Shown: positions 13,610-24,880 of the stretch, piece by piece
Numbering within the stretch: the stretch's first letter is position 1
Layout: each line of letters begins with the position of its first letter
From: Gammaproteobacteria bacterium
GTDB taxonomy: Bacteria; Pseudomonadota; Gammaproteobacteria; Ga0077536
Direction: 5' to 3'
DNA length: 64,000 bases
Assembly (NCBI GenBank): GCA_963662545.2
Contig: CAXXLL010000002.1
Coordinates: 128,001 to 192,000 of the forward strand
Translations under genes and position numbers: made by a program
The notes under the pieces: model-generated
What the model was told of the DNA's origin: nothing
Databases searched by the model: none
The model's input: the letters and a program-made list of their open reading frames with translations, nothing else

Positions 13610-14798
13610 TCAAACTTTCGCGCATTCGAAGCGCGGCCTCTTCACAATCCTGAAGATCAGCCACCAGGGCGATCCTCAGCCGGTTCGCTCCGGGGTTTCC
13701 CGTCGCCGTCGCGCGGCCAAGGAAGCTTCCGGGCAAGGTCAATACGCCTACGTCGCGGAGCAGCTGTTCGCATGCCGTCAGGTCATCGATTTCGAGTTCC
13801 GGCCATAAGTAAAAGCCGGCCCTGGGGCGCTCGACACGGCTCACTTCGGCCAGGATTGGCAGTACGCGCTCGAATTTTCGTCGGTAAAGCAGGCGATTTT
13901 CGGTGACGTGATCCTCGTCGCTCCATGCTGCGATGCTCGCATGCTGCACAGGTATCGGCATGGCACTGCCATGATACGTTCGATAGCGGTAGAACGCCTC
14001 GATCAGGTTTACGTCGCCGGCGACGAAGCCGGAGCGCAGTCCCGGCGCGTTGGATCGCTTCGAGAGGCTATGCATTACCAGGCAGCGCTCGAACGTATCG
14101 CGCGCGTGGCGCGCGCAGAATTCGAGCAAGCCCAGCGGTGGATCGTCTTCATCGAGATAGAGTTCGCTATAGCACTCATCCGCGACGATGACAAAATCCC
14201 AGCGATCGGCCGCCGCCGTCAGTAATTCGTAATCCGCTTCATCCAATACGGCGCCCGATGGATTCCCCGGCGAGCATACGTAAACGAGCGCCGTTCGCTC
14301 CCACACAGCGGGCGTCACGGCGTTCCAGTCGGGTCGAAATCCGCGCGCGGCTGGACACGGCAAATAATGGGGCCTCGCACCTGCGAGCAGAGCCGCGCCC
14401 TCGTAGATCTGGTAGAACGGATTAGGTACCAGCACGGTATTCTTACGGCCCGATCTATCCACCACGCATTGTGCGATGGCGAACAGTGCCTCGCGCGTAC
14501 CATTCACGGGAAGAACGTGACGCTCGCCGGTCAACGCGCCGTCCGGGAGGTGAAAACGCCGGCGCGCCCATACGCCAATAGCCTCGCGCAGCTCCGGCAA
14601 TCCGCGCGTCGCGGGATAGCGGGCGGTCCCCGACAATGCGTCGATCAGCGCCTCGTGGATGAATGCGGGCGTCTGGTGCTGGGGTTCACCGAGAGAGAGA
14701 TTGATCAGCTTTCGATCGTCGGGTGGATTTATCCGGGCGCGGATTTCAGCAAGCCGTTCGAAGGGATAGGGTCGCAGTTCCTTTAGGCCTTGGTTCAT
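13599..14798 (-). CDS. dapC: Succinyldiaminopimelate aminotransferase
   Basis: PYPFERL, VNGTREALF, PNPFYQIYEGAA, SLSKRSNAPGLRSGF (PLP Lys), YRTYHG; upstream of dapD. Confidence 0.95.
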   Translation of the reverse strand: MNQGLKELRPYPFERLAEIRARINPPDDRKLINLSLGEPQHQTPAFIHEALIDALSGTARYPATRGLPELREAIGVWARRRFHLPDGALTGERHVLPVNGTREALFAIAQCVVDRSGRKNTVLVPNPFYQIYEGAALLAGARPHYLPCPAARGFRPDWNAVTPAVWERTALVYVCSPGNPSGAVLDEADYELLTAAADRWDFVIVADECYSELYLDEDDPPLGLLEFCARHARDTFERCLVMHSLSKRSNAPGLRSGFVAGDVNLIEAFYRYRTYHGSAMPIPVQHASIAAWSDEDHVTENRLLYRRKFERVLPILAEVSRVERPRAGFYLWPELEIDDLTACEQLLRDVGVLTLPGSFLGRATATGNPGANRLRIALVADLQDCEEAALRMRESLRNL

Positions 14799-14866
14799 CT
14801 GGCGACGGTGGCGGGATTTTACGGAGCGCGCAAGTATATCCGAAAGGCTGCTACGCTGAGGCTGGT

Positions 14867-14894
14867 TTGACGCCCCCTGGCTTTACTGTATTCT
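14867..14894 (+). promoter_or_regulatory. Candidate sigma70 promoter for leuB-asd
   Basis: TTGACG-16 bp-TATTCT, about 30 nt upstream of the leuB GTG. Confidence 0.45.
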
Positions 14895-14923
14895 TGCGGC
14901 CTTTTTCGTAACGGGACGAAACC

Positions 14924-16009
14924 GTGGCACATAAAATCCTGTTACTCATGGGTGACGGCATCGGACCGGAAATCGTTGGCGCGGCCGAGCTGCTGCTGGG
15001 CGCCCTGGTCGAACGCTTCGGCCTGTCGTGCGAGATCGAACACGCCCTGATGGGCGGTTGCGCGATCGAAGCGCACGGCGATTCTCTGCCGGACGCAACC
15101 CTGAAGCTTGCACATGCCGCGGACGCGATATTGCTGGGCGCTGTCGGCGGACCACAATGGGACAAGGCCGAACGCTCGATCAGGCCGGAACGCGGGCTGC
15201 TGCGTCTGCGTTCGGAACTCGACCTGTTCTGCAACCTACGCCCAGCCGTCTTAATCGACTCGCTGGCCGAGGCGTCTACACTCAAGCCGGAGGTGGTCGC
15301 GGGTCTGGATTTGATGATCATTCGCGAACTAACCGGTGGGATCTATTTCGGAGAGCCCCGTGGTATCGACACCGATGCGGACGGCCGGCGGCGGGGGTAC
15401 AACACGCTCGTTTACACGGAAGACGAAATCGAACGCATCGCCCGCCTCGGATTCGAAGTGGCGCGCAAGCGTTCGTCCCGTCTGTGTTCGGTGGACAAGG
15501 CGAACGTGCTCGAGGTGACGGAACTGTGGCGCGATATCGTGCTCGGTCTAGCCGATGATTACCCCGACGTGGAATTGTCCCACATGTATGTCGACAATGC
15601 GGCAATGCAGTTAGTACGAGCACCGAAGCAGTTCGACGTCATCGTCACGACCAACTTGTTCGGCGATATCTTGTCGGACCTTGCGGCCATGTTGACGGGT
15701 TCCATCGGCATGTTGCCTTCCGCTTCACTCAACGCCGAGGACAAGGGATTGTTTGAACCGGTGCACGGCTCGGCGCCCGATATTGCGGGCAAGGGTCTGG
15801 CGAATCCGCTCGCGACGATTCTGTCGGTCGCGATGATGTTCCGCTATACGCTTGGCGAAGAGGCGTTGGCCGATAAAGTCGAAGCGGCGGTCACGGCCGT
15901 CCTCGCAGATGGCGTGCGCACCGCTGATATTGCACGCGACGGCGAACGGAGTGTCAGTACCGGACAGATGGCGCAGGCCGTGATCGAGGCCTTAGGAACC
16001 TCTGAATAA
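14924..16009 (+). CDS. leuB: 3-isopropylmalate dehydrogenase
   Basis: [45 protein letters not shown]. Confidence 0.98.
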   Translation: MAHKILLLMGDGIGPEIVGAAELLLGALVERFGLSCEIEHALMGGCAIEAHGDSLPDATLKLAHAADAILLGAVGGPQWDKAERSIRPERGLLRLRSELDLFCNLRPAVLIDSLAEASTLKPEVVAGLDLMIIRELTGGIYFGEPRGIDTDADGRRRGYNTLVYTEDEIERIARLGFEVARKRSSRLCSVDKANVLEVTELWRDIVLGLADDYPDVELSHMYVDNAAMQLVRAPKQFDVIVTTNLFGDILSDLAAMLTGSIGMLPSASLNAEDKGLFEPVHGSAPDIAGKGLANPLATILSVAMMFRYTLGEEALADKVEAAVTAVLADGVRTADIARDGERSVSTGQMAQAVIEALGTSE

Positions 16010-16156
16010 ATCATGGTGGGTCTGAATGGTTCATGCAATGGTGCAGATCAAGGCACGAAGCGCAGGCCATAGCGGGGACTATGGGCAAGGTTCGTAACAC
16101 CGAGCTGCGCGATTTCATGGGCAAGGCAGATGTGCCATGACTTATTTAGAGGTTCC
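15995..16156 (-). mobile_element. 162-bp MITE copy 3, inserted in the 3' end of leuB
   Basis: Reverse-complement copy; direct repeat CTTA at 15991-15994 and 16157-16160; supplies GTSE-stop of LeuB. Confidence 0.93.
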
Positions 16157-16191
16157 CTTAAGGTAATCGATCCCAAAAAAGGGTGAGAGAG

Positions 16192-17214
16192 ATGACGAAA
16201 AGTTTCAAGGTCGCGGTCGTCGGCGCCACCGGAGCGGTCGGCGAAACGATGCTCTCGATCCTGGCTGAGCGCGCATTTCCGGTCAGCGAGGTCTACGCCG
16301 TCGCGAGCGCCCGTTCTGCCGGTTCCAGGGTCGCCTACGGCGGCCGTAATCTGGTGGTTCAGGATCTCGCCTCCTTCGACTTCGACGAGGTCGATATCGG
16401 CCTGTTTTCCCCCGGCGCCTCGGTGTCGAAAATCCACGCGCCGCGTGCGGCGGCGGCTGGCTGTGTGGTCATCGACAATACTTCAGAGTTCCGCTACGAC
16501 GAAGATATTCCGCTGGTCGTCCCGGAAGTCAATCCGGATGCTCTGGGGGGCTACCTGTCGCGCAATATCGTCGCGAATCCCAACTGTTCGACCATCCAGT
16601 TGGTGGTCGCGCTGAAGCCGATTTACGACGCGGTCGGCATCGAGCGCATCAACGTGTGTAGCTACCAGGCGGTTTCGGGCACCGGCAAGGACGCGATCGA
16701 AGAATTGGCCGTGCAGAGTGCAGCGCTGCTGAGCGCCCGCGAAGTGAGTTCTAACGTTTACCCAAAACAGATAGCTTTCAACTGCTTACCGCAAATCGAT
16801 ACGTTTGAGGAGAACGCCTATACCCGCGAGGAAATGAAGATCGTATGGGAGACTCGTAAGATCTTGGGTGACGCCGAGCTGCGGGTAAATCCTACCGCTG
16901 TCAGGGTTCCCGTCTTCTACGGGCACTCTGAAGCCATCCACATCGAAACGGGCGAGAAAATCAGCGCCGGCGAAGTCCGGGCGCTGTTGGAGAAGGCGCC
17001 CGGCGTAGTCGTTGTAGACCGCCACGAAGACGGCGGGTATCCGACCGCCGTCACCGAAGGAGCGAACCGGGACGAGGTTTTCGTCGGCCGTATCCGCGAA
17101 GACATATCATACCCGCGCGGAATCAACCTCTGGGTGGTCTCGGACAACGTTCGAAAAGGTGCCGCGCTCAATAGTATCCAGATCGCGGAAATGTTGGTGA
17201 AAAACCATTTATAA
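16192..17214 (+). CDS. asd: Aspartate-semialdehyde dehydrogenase
   Basis: VVGATGAVG, ANPNCSTIQ catalytic Cys, VRVPVFYGHS, DNVRKGAALN; ATG 16192 preferred over GTG 16183. Confidence 0.97.
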   Translation: MTKSFKVAVVGATGAVGETMLSILAERAFPVSEVYAVASARSAGSRVAYGGRNLVVQDLASFDFDEVDIGLFSPGASVSKIHAPRAAAAGCVVIDNTSEFRYDEDIPLVVPEVNPDALGGYLSRNIVANPNCSTIQLVVALKPIYDAVGIERINVCSYQAVSGTGKDAIEELAVQSAALLSAREVSSNVYPKQIAFNCLPQIDTFEENAYTREEMKIVWETRKILGDAELRVNPTAVRVPVFYGHSEAIHIETGEKISAGEVRALLEKAPGVVVVDRHEDGGYPTAVTEGANRDEVFVGRIREDISYPRGINLWVVSDNVRKGAALNSIQIAEMLVKNHL

Positions 17215-17354
17215 GCTATAGTTAACAACCAATTATAAAGAATATTCGAAGGTACTAGAGGCATGCCTGCGAGAAGTGGGAGGGCCCGACATTTCGCGCG
17301 AGCGATCAACCCGATGCATTTCTATCGTCTGCCAATCGATTAAGGAACGACCTC

Positions 17355-20300
17355 ATGCTACGGATTCGAGCACTTGCGCTGATATTCTGCTGTTTGGCGA
17401 GCCCGTTCGCCTTCGGTCTGGGTCTCGGGCCGCTAAAATCCACCTCGGCCCTCAATGAACCGTTTGAGGGCCGCATCGAGATCATCGGCGCGAAGGCCGG
17501 AGATTTCGACACACTGACGATAGGGATCGCCGGACAGGAGCATTTCGAGCGCGCCGGTATCGAACGGCCGTCCGTGCTGTTGCAGTTGCGTTTCACCATC
17601 GATGATTCTGCTGCGGACACCAATTTCATTTCCGTTGCGTCGAAAGATCCGATACGCGAACCGTTTCTCAATTTCCTCCTGGAACTGAACTGGTCCAGCG
17701 GCCGACTGCTGCGCGAGTACACTGTGCTGCTGGATCCACCCCTCTACGATCCGAATCGACGTCGCGCAGCACCAGCCCCGGCCCCGAGTGCCGAGGAACC
17801 CGCACCGGCGGCCCCCGCCGAAGCGCCACCTGAATCCGACGAGGCGCCGGCACCAACGGCGAGTATTAGTGGGGAATACCTCACAGGAAGTGAAATCGGT
17901 CCGATGGTCGCGACCGATACATTGTGGTCAATAGCTTCGAACTATCGGCCCGACGAGTCCATTACCGTGCAGCAAATGATGCTTGCACTACTGCGTGACA
18001 ATCCCGCAGCGTTCGGCGAGGCAAACGTGAACCGGCTGTTGCGGGGCGCGATATTGCAGCTACCCGACGAGGCCAGTATGCGCTCGGTAACAGCCGCAGA
18101 AGCATTTGCCGAGGTCAAGCGTCAGCATCAGCTTTGGGAAGCTTACCGGCAAGAGATCGGCACGGCGCCGACGGCGCAGCCGCTTGGCGCACCGGCTGCC
18201 GCTTTGAGCGAAGCCGCAAGTACCGAATCCGAAGGCACCGATGCCCGCCTCGAACTCGTCGCCCCAGAAGGCACCGACGGTGGCGCAGCCCCGGGCACTG
18301 CGGACACGGATCAGGGCTCGGAGCTGCTACGTGAGGAGTTGGACGCAACCTCGCAAGCGAATCTCGAGTTGGACGAGAAGCTGACAGAGGCCGAAGAAAT
18401 CATCGACCTGCTGCAGCGGCAGGTGAACATCCAGGATGAAGACCTGGCGGCCTTGCAGGCACGGCTTGCTGAACTGGGCGTTGAACACGGAGACCTCGGC
18501 GCCGTCGATGAGCCGACGGAGTCCGAACCCGAAACGGTTGCGACGGTAGAACCGGAGATCGGGATAGAGACGGCAACGGAGCCCGAAGTCGACGCCGATG
18601 CCGAGCCGGAAGCAGAGATGGCGGCCGCGCCGGCAGACGCCGTCGAGGAAGATGTCGCCCAGGAAGATGCAGAGATAGGGGCGGAAGCGGACGTCGCGGA
18701 CGAACAGACCGTCGTCGACAGTGAAGCGGCCGAAGGCATTATCGAGGAAGAACCGGGGCCGTCGGCCGCGCCTGGATTTCCAGCGAATCTCATTCCCGAA
18801 TCGCTCGCGTCAAAGGTCCCCGGTGGGGCCTTGACAGTTTTGGGGATCGCCGCGTTGGTCATTCTCGGCTTGTTCGTCGGCGTAGTGCAGTTTCTGCTCA
18901 AATCGCGCTCGGGGCGCGACGAAGCGGAAGTGGTTGCCGTATCGGCATCGGCGATGGACGACGACATTGAAGAGACCGAAGACCCGATGATCACGGCGGC
19001 GACCGCCGTGGACGAGGATGACGCCTCCGAGGCGATCACTTCAGTGGACGATGTAGACGACGCGGCTGCGGACTTCGATCCCGACGCGACCGTCGAGGCG
19101 GAAGCGGAAGTCGAGGACGACTCGACGGTTGTTACGGCCGCCGAAGCAGCTGTTTCGGCGCCTGAAGAAAGTGAAGAAGACCCGCTCGAAGAGGTGAATG
19201 TCTATCTTGCATACGAGCGGTTCGACCAGGCGCAGGAACTGGTCGAAAGAGTCATCGCTGATCATCCGGATCGGCACGAATACAAACTTCGCCTGCTGGA
19301 AGTCTATTACTCTTCGAACGACAAGAGCGCGTACGAAGAAGCTGCCAGGAGTCTGCACGAAGGCGTAGGTGAGGCGGATCCGCTATGGGAGAGCGCAGTC
19401 GCGATGTGGTCCGAAATGTCACCCGAACGCGCCTTGTTCGAGGAAGGTGCGGAAGCGGCGGCACCGGCACCGGACACCGATGCAGCCAAGGCCTTTGTCG
19501 ATATTACCGGCGAGGACGAAGATCAATCTGCCACGGGCGATCAGACCGTGGCGCATGCGCCGGGCGGGGCCGACGACGGTGGTCTCGATTTCGATCTGGC
19601 TGCCGGCAAAGACAATGAAGCAGACGAGGGCATCCTCGATCTAACGGCTTCCGCCGGCGCAGATGACATGCTCGACCTGACCGTCACTGATACCGACGAG
19701 GAGGGTGGTGACGAAGAAATTCTGGACATTACCGATGCAGGCGCACCGGAAGCAGATGTGATCACCGATGATGATGTGCTCGATCTAACGGGCGGAGCCG
19801 ACGCTGACATTGAAGCAAGCGGCGGGGATGCCAGCGATCTCCTGGATGTAACCAAGACGGGAGACCTGACGTCCGTCGAAGATAACGATTTGCTCAACGT
19901 CACGGCGACTAGACTGAGTGCCGACGAGGAAGTGGACGACGCTACGGCCGATGCGGGTGAAGACGCCGGACTCGAAATAACAGATATCACTGCGGCAGAC
20001 GATTCCGGCGAGGCAGCGGACGCAGGATTGGACTTCGATATCAGTGATTCTGTGGCGCCGGCCTTCGAAATCAACACGGACGAGGAAGGCGGGGACATTC
20101 TCGATCTGAGCGACACCGGCGACATGGAAGATATTGCATCAGAAGCTGTGAGCGCCGAGGACGATCTGCTCGAGTTCGATATCGGCGGGCTCGATACTGA
20201 TATCGAGGTGACTGGCGCCGAAGACGATGCTGCTCCAAGCGGCCCCGATGGCGATGAAATGCCGACCGTCGATCTCGAATCGGCGCTCGAGTCCGTTCAG

Positions 20301-21122
20301 GAAGGCGGCGGCGCGGAAGAAGATGGCGATCTTGATTTCGACATCACGATGGATGCGGAGAGCGATGCCGGTGAACTCGGAATTTCCGCGACCGCCGATG
20401 CCAGCGAAGACGTTTCTGGCGACAGCGATCTCGATTTCGACATCACCATGGGCGAGGAAAACCTGTCGGATGGGCTCGATATTACAGGCGCCGACGACGG
20501 GGAAGGTGAGAGCCTGGAAATTACGATGGGTACGCCCGAGGAAACGCCGGCGGATGGAGAGATGTCGCTACAGGGGTCCGAACTCGATGAGATCGCGCTC
20601 GACGCCGGCGGTGATTTGAATGCCGAAGACGAAGATTTCGATTTTTCGCTCGAAGGCACTGCGGAAATGGACGGCATCGCGGCGGACGATACCTTGGATA
20701 TGGCGAGCGTGGGATCCGAGAATGAAGGAGAACTCGAAATCGATGAGGATGCATCGCTCGACGATTTGGCGATGGATCTGGATGCAGCCATCGACGACCC
20801 GTCTGGCGGCGAGCTTGATCTCGAGATCGAAGCCGTCGTCGAGGACGCGGGCGATGGACATCTGAAAACCGTCGCGCTCGATGCCGACGCACGGGCCGAC
20901 CTCGACGACGACGGCGAGAAAACCGTTGTCATGCCGATGTCCGACGATGTCGAACGTCAGAGCGATACCGATGAAGCAGACACCAAACTCAACCTCGCCA
21001 AGGCTTATATCGAACTCGGCGATACTGAAGGTGCTCGTTCAATATTGGACGAGGTTGCGAGCGACGGTAACGACGAGCAAAAAGCAGAAGCGAAAACTTT
21101 GCTCGATCAAATTTCCGGTTAG
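17355..21122 (+). CDS. fimV: FimV/HubP polar landmark protein
   Basis: Signal peptide, S.LNEPF, GRLLREYTVLLDPP, LysM-like DTLWSIA..NP.AF, coiled coil, TM helix, long acidic region, C-terminal TKLNLAKAYIELGD.EGARSILDEV; asd-fimV-truA synteny. Confidence 0.93.
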   Translation: MLRIRALALIFCCLASPFAFGLGLGPLKSTSALNEPFEGRIEIIGAKAGDFDTLTIGIAGQEHFERAGIERPSVLLQLRFTIDDSAADTNFISVASKDPIREPFLNFLLELNWSSGRLLREYTVLLDPPLYDPNRRRAAPAPAPSAEEPAPAAPAEAPPESDEAPAPTASISGEYLTGSEIGPMVATDTLWSIASNYRPDESITVQQMMLALLRDNPAAFGEANVNRLLRGAILQLPDEASMRSVTAAEAFAEVKRQHQLWEAYRQEIGTAPTAQPLGAPAAALSEAASTESEGTDARLELVAPEGTDGGAAPGTADTDQGSELLREELDATSQANLELDEKLTEAEEIIDLLQRQVNIQDEDLAALQARLAELGVEHGDLGAVDEPTESEPETVATVEPEIGIETATEPEVDADAEPEAEMAAAPADAVEEDVAQEDAEIGAEADVADEQTVVDSEAAEGIIEEEPGPSAAPGFPANLIPESLASKVPGGALTVLGIAALVILGLFVGVVQFLLKSRSGRDEAEVVAVSASAMDDDIEETEDPMITAATAVDEDDASEAITSVDDVDDAAADFDPDATVEAEAEVEDDSTVVTAAEAAVSAPEESEEDPLEEVNVYLAYERFDQAQELVERVIADHPDRHEYKLRLLEVYYSSNDKSAYEEAARSLHEGVGEADPLWESAVAMWSEMSPERALFEEGAEAAAPAPDTDAAKAFVDITGEDEDQSATGDQTVAHAPGGADDGGLDFDLAAGKDNEADEGILDLTASAGADDMLDLTVTDTDEEGGDEEILDITDAGAPEADVITDDDVLDLTGGADADIEASGGDASDLLDVTKTGDLTSVEDNDLLNVTATRLSADEEVDDATADAGEDAGLEITDITAADDSGEAADAGLDFDISDSVAPAFEINTDEEGGDILDLSDTGDMEDIASEAVSAEDDLLEFDIGGLDTDIEVTGAEDDAAPSGPDGDEMPTVDLESALESVQEGGGAEEDGDLDFDITMDAESDAGELGISATADASEDVSGDSDLDFDITMGEENLSDGLDITGADDGEGESLEITMGTPEETPADGEMSLQGSELDEIALDAGGDLNAEDEDFDFSLEGTAEMDGIAADDTLDMASVGSENEGELEIDEDASLDDLAMDLDAAIDDPSGGELDLEIEAVVEDAGDGHLKTVALDADARADLDDDGEKTVVMPMSDDVERQSDTDEADTKLNLAKAYIELGDTEGARSILDEVASDGNDEQKAEAKTLLDQISG

Positions 21123-21193
21123 TCATCGGCAATCCAGCGTCGCGTGCGTCGAACCGCGGTGCGCGCTCGTCGCGGAAGTGTCCTAAGCTTCTC

Positions 21194-21982
21194 ATGCGTA
21201 TCGCTCTCGGGATCGAGTACGACGGCTCCGATTTCAGCGGCTGGCAAACGCAGTGCGGACAGCGCACGGTTCAGCCGCTTGTAGAGCGTGCGATTTCTAG
21301 CGTTGCTGATCATTCCGCCTCGATTCAATGTGCCGGTCGAACCGATGCCCGGGTGCACGCCAGTTATCAGGTGATCCATTTCGACACGCCGGCGCGCCGC
21401 AGCAACCGTTCGTGGGTGCTAGGTACCAACGTTAATCTTCCGTCCGACGTCAGCATTTTGTGGGCGTGCCCGGTATCCGACGGGTTTAACGCTCGTTTTT
21501 CCGCGATCAGCAGGACCTATGACTACATCATTAGTAATCGGTCGACCAGGCCGGGCCTCTGGCACGGCAAACTGACCTGGGAACACCGGCCACTCGACGT
21601 CGCGCGCATGGCGCAGGGCGCCGCGTACTGGCTTGGAGAGCACGATTTTTCCTCTTTTCGGGCGAGTGGGTGTCAAGCCAAAAACCCGGTGAGAACGGTC
21701 AATCGGTTCGAGGTCCACGCGTCGGGTGGACTCGTGTCGCTGAAGGTTGAAGCCAACGCGTTTCTTCAACATATGGTGCGCAATTTTGCCGGCGTCTTGA
21801 TGGAAATCGGGATGGGAAAACATGAGCCCGAATGGGCGAAGGAGGTTCTCGGGAAAAGGGATCGCGAATGCGGCGGTATAACGGCGCCACCCGACGGATT
21901 GTATCTGACAGCGATCCACTACCCGGCCGAATTCGCCTTGCCCCAGCCGGGATTGTTCAAACCGGTTTTCAGCGAAGTTTAG
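21194..21982 (+). CDS. truA: tRNA pseudouridine(38-40) synthase
   Basis: EYDGSDFSGWQ, AGRTDARVHA, HDFSSFR, AFLQHMVR. Confidence 0.97.
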   Translation: MRIALGIEYDGSDFSGWQTQCGQRTVQPLVERAISSVADHSASIQCAGRTDARVHASYQVIHFDTPARRSNRSWVLGTNVNLPSDVSILWACPVSDGFNARFSAISRTYDYIISNRSTRPGLWHGKLTWEHRPLDVARMAQGAAYWLGEHDFSSFRASGCQAKNPVRTVNRFEVHASGGLVSLKVEANAFLQHMVRNFAGVLMEIGMGKHEPEWAKEVLGKRDRECGGITAPPDGLYLTAIHYPAEFALPQPGLFKPVFSEV

Positions 21983-22116
21983 ATGGTCGCCACGGGCGTG
22001 GTGTATAAGATTTTGAGTTACACGGCGTTCTCCGGAGCTCATTCATTCAGTATAAACTGCGCTCCTCACAATCCGCGCTCCCCGAAAGCGCACCTCGTCT
22101 GATCGCCGCAGAGGAA

Positions 22117-22749
22117 ATGAGACCACTTTCAGTCAAAATAAAGTTTTGCGGCATTACCCGATTGGAAGATGCCGAAACAGCGGCGACGCTCGGTGCTGAT
22201 GCCATCGGGTTCGTATTTTATGAGAAAAGTCCGCGGTTCATCGATCCGGCCGCGGCAGCCGAGATTATTCGGCGATTACCGCCTTTCGTTTGCAAGGTGG
22301 GTTTGTTTGTCAACAGCGAAAAACACAGAGTGGAGAGCGTCGTCAGTGAAACGGGAATCGATTTGGTGCAGTACCATGGCGACGAAACGCCGGTTCAGTG
22401 TGAATCTGGATCCAAACCCTGGATGAAAGCGATTCGAGTCAGCGCGGAGATGGATATCGAAGCAGAGGCGGCGCGCTATGCTCATGCCAGCGCCATTTTC
22501 CTTGATGCGCACGACGCCGCGGTATACGGCGGTACCGGCCAGTGTTTCGACTGGCGCGTCATTCCGCGTAACCTGACGCGTCCGGTGATCCTCGCCGGGG
22601 GTCTGACGCCGGAGAACGTCTGTGAAGCCATTCGGATCGCGGCGCCCTATGGCGTCGACGTGAGCGGCGGAATCGAATCGTCAAAAGGAATCAAGGACCC
22701 CGTTAAAATGGAGAAATTTATTATCGAGGCGAGGCGTGTTGACCGCTGA
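22117..22749 (+). CDS. trpF: Phosphoribosylanthranilate isomerase
   Basis: [36 protein letters not shown]. Confidence 0.97.
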   Translation: MRPLSVKIKFCGITRLEDAETAATLGADAIGFVFYEKSPRFIDPAAAAEIIRRLPPFVCKVGLFVNSEKHRVESVVSETGIDLVQYHGDETPVQCESGSKPWMKAIRVSAEMDIEAEAARYAHASAIFLDAHDAAVYGGTGQCFDWRVIPRNLTRPVILAGGLTPENVCEAIRIAAPYGVDVSGGIESSKGIKDPVKMEKFIIEARRVDR

Positions 22750-23977
22750 GCTCGACGCGATCGTGAAAATGGGGCCGGGGGAGGAGACGTCCTGGCCCGA
22801 CGCCAACGGACACTTCGGCCCCTACGGTGGGCGATTTGTCGCCGAGACACTGATGCAACCGCTGGCGGAACTCGAGGCGGCATACCATCGCTATTTGTGC
22901 GACGAAGAATTCCTGCGCGAACTTGACGAGGATTTACGGTGTTACGTCGGACGGCCGTCTCCGCTGTATTTCGCCAAACGGTGGTCGCATGAAGTTGGCG
23001 GGGCCCGCATCTATTTAAAACGCGAAGATTTGAATCATACCGGCGCGCATAAGATCAACAATACCATCGGCCAGGCTCTGCTTGCACGGCGCATGGGCAA
23101 ACCGCGGGTCATCGCCGAGACGGGTGCCGGGCAGCACGGTGTTGCGACGGCAACCGTCGCGGCGCGCCTCCACATGAGTTGCTGTGTTTACATGGGTTCA
23201 GAGGACATTCAACGGCAGTCGACCAACGTCTTCCGCATGAAATTACTAGGTGCAGAGGTCGTCGCGGTGGATTCCGGATCACGCACTTTGAAGGACGCTC
23301 TCAACGAAGCGATGCGCGATTGGGTTAGCCATGTCGACGATACGTTCTACATTATCGGTACGGTTGCCGGGCCGCATCCCTATCCGGCGATGGTCCGCGA
23401 CTTCCAAACCGTCATCGGTCGCGAAACACGTGCACAATGTCTCGACTTGGAAGGCCGCTTACCGGACGCACTGGTTGCTTGCGTCGGCGGCGGATCGAAT
23501 GCGATCGGCATGTTCTACCCGTTCATCAACGACGCCGCAGTGCAGTTTTGGGGCGTCGAGGCCGGCGGAGACGGGCTCGAGAGCGGGCGCCACGCAGCCC
23601 CGCTGAGCGCCGGCAGACCTGGTGTGCTGCATGGCAACCGTACTTACCTGATGCAGGATGAGTGCGGACAGATCGAATTGACTCATTCGATATCCGCAGG
23701 GCTTGATTATCCGGGAGTCGGGCCGGAACATGCGTGGCTCAAGGATGAGGGAAGAGCGCGCTACGTCAGTGTCACAGACGAGGAGGCGCTCGCGGCATTC
23801 AGGCGCGTGACCCTGCTCGAGGGCATCATGCCGGCCTTGGAATCGAGCCACGCGCTGGCATACGCCGAAGGACTGGCGCGGAGAATGCAGACGGATGAGT
23901 TCATCGTCGTGAATCTGTCGGGTCGCGGCGACAAGGACATTCAAACCGTTGCGGACATCGACGGCATTACACTTTAA
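22736..23977 (+). CDS. trpB: Tryptophan synthase beta subunit
   Basis: [46 protein letters not shown]; exact start uncertain. Confidence 0.98.
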   Translation: MLTAELDAIVKMGPGEETSWPDANGHFGPYGGRFVAETLMQPLAELEAAYHRYLCDEEFLRELDEDLRCYVGRPSPLYFAKRWSHEVGGARIYLKREDLNHTGAHKINNTIGQALLARRMGKPRVIAETGAGQHGVATATVAARLHMSCCVYMGSEDIQRQSTNVFRMKLLGAEVVAVDSGSRTLKDALNEAMRDWVSHVDDTFYIIGTVAGPHPYPAMVRDFQTVIGRETRAQCLDLEGRLPDALVACVGGGSNAIGMFYPFINDAAVQFWGVEAGGDGLESGRHAAPLSAGRPGVLHGNRTYLMQDECGQIELTHSISAGLDYPGVGPEHAWLKDEGRARYVSVTDEEALAAFRRVTLLEGIMPALESSHALAYAEGLARRMQTDEFIVVNLSGRGDKDIQTVADIDGITL

Positions 23978-24020
23978 TTGGGAGTTGAAAACCGATTTCC
24001 TATCGTTTTTCAACAGCCTA
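23978..24020. repeat. 43-bp hairpin mini-element, copy B (inverted), abutting the trpB stop codon
   Basis: GTTGAAAACCGATTTCCTATCGTTTTTCAACAGCCT matches the reverse complement of 3047-3089; flanks TTAA (contains trpB TAA)/CTAA. Confidence 0.8.
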
Positions 24021-24063
24021 CTAACCATTGGCGGCGCGTCGGAATGCGATCGAAAGCGATACG

Positions 24064-24867
24064 ATGAGACGGATAGCGAAGCAATTTGGCGTACTCAGAT
24101 CGGCAGATCGAAAGGGCCTGGTCACCTTTATTACGGCCGGCGATCCGAGTGTGAAAGAAACCCCCGGCCTCATGCACACGCTAGTCCGGGGCGGTGCGGA
24201 TATCATCGAACTGGGCGTCCCATTTTCCGATCCGATGGCGGACGGGCCAGTGATTCAACGTGCCAGTGAGAGGGCTGTCAAGGCCGGAGTTTCGCTCGGT
24301 GACGTGCTCGATTGCGTTACGGAATTTCGCAGGACCGACGGGAAGACGCCGGTCGTGCTGATGGGATATCTCAATCCGTTCGAGCATATTGGGGCTGAAA
24401 CCTTTGCAAAACGGGCCGTTAGAGCCGGGGTGGACGGTGTTTTGGTAGTTGATATGCCGCCCGAAGAAGCGCTGGAATTTCACGGTCATCTCGAAAGCGC
24501 CGGACTCGATCAAATATTTCTCGTTGCACCGAATTCCCAAGTCGAGCGCATTCGTAACATCTGCCAGCTCGCCTCGGGATTCGTGTATTTCGTCGCCGTC
24601 AAAGGCGTGACCGGCGACAAGGAAATCGACATTGATGCGATCAATGCGAGAATCGCCGCTACGAGCGCGATGGCTGGTCTTCCTGTTGGTCTGGGGTTCG
24701 GCATTAAAACACCCGCGGCGGCGGCGCGGGCATCGACCGTGGCTGATGCCGTTATCGTGGGCAGCGCGCTCGTGGAATTAATCGACAATGTCGGTGCTGG
24801 TGCCGCAGATTTGGAACGATTTGTGAGCGAGTTGCGGCAGGCGATCGACGCCCAAACCGCCGCATGA
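24064..24867 (+). CDS. trpA: Tryptophan synthase alpha subunit
   Basis: [37 protein letters not shown]; start moved to ATG 24064. Confidence 0.98.
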   Translation: MRRIAKQFGVLRSADRKGLVTFITAGDPSVKETPGLMHTLVRGGADIIELGVPFSDPMADGPVIQRASERAVKAGVSLGDVLDCVTEFRRTDGKTPVVLMGYLNPFEHIGAETFAKRAVRAGVDGVLVVDMPPEEALEFHGHLESAGLDQIFLVAPNSQVERIRNICQLASGFVYFVAVKGVTGDKEIDIDAINARIAATSAMAGLPVGLGFGIKTPAAAARASTVADAVIVGSALVELIDNVGAGAADLERFVSELRQAIDAQTAA

Positions 24868-24880
24868 TAGGAATTCAGCC

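Noticed and set aside
19560-20900. Low-complexity acidic repeats (LDFDI, ILDLT motifs; near-duplicate GATTTCGACATCAC at about 20334 and 20433)
   Set aside because: Normal feature of the FimV/HubP cytoplasmic region, not a separate repeat system.
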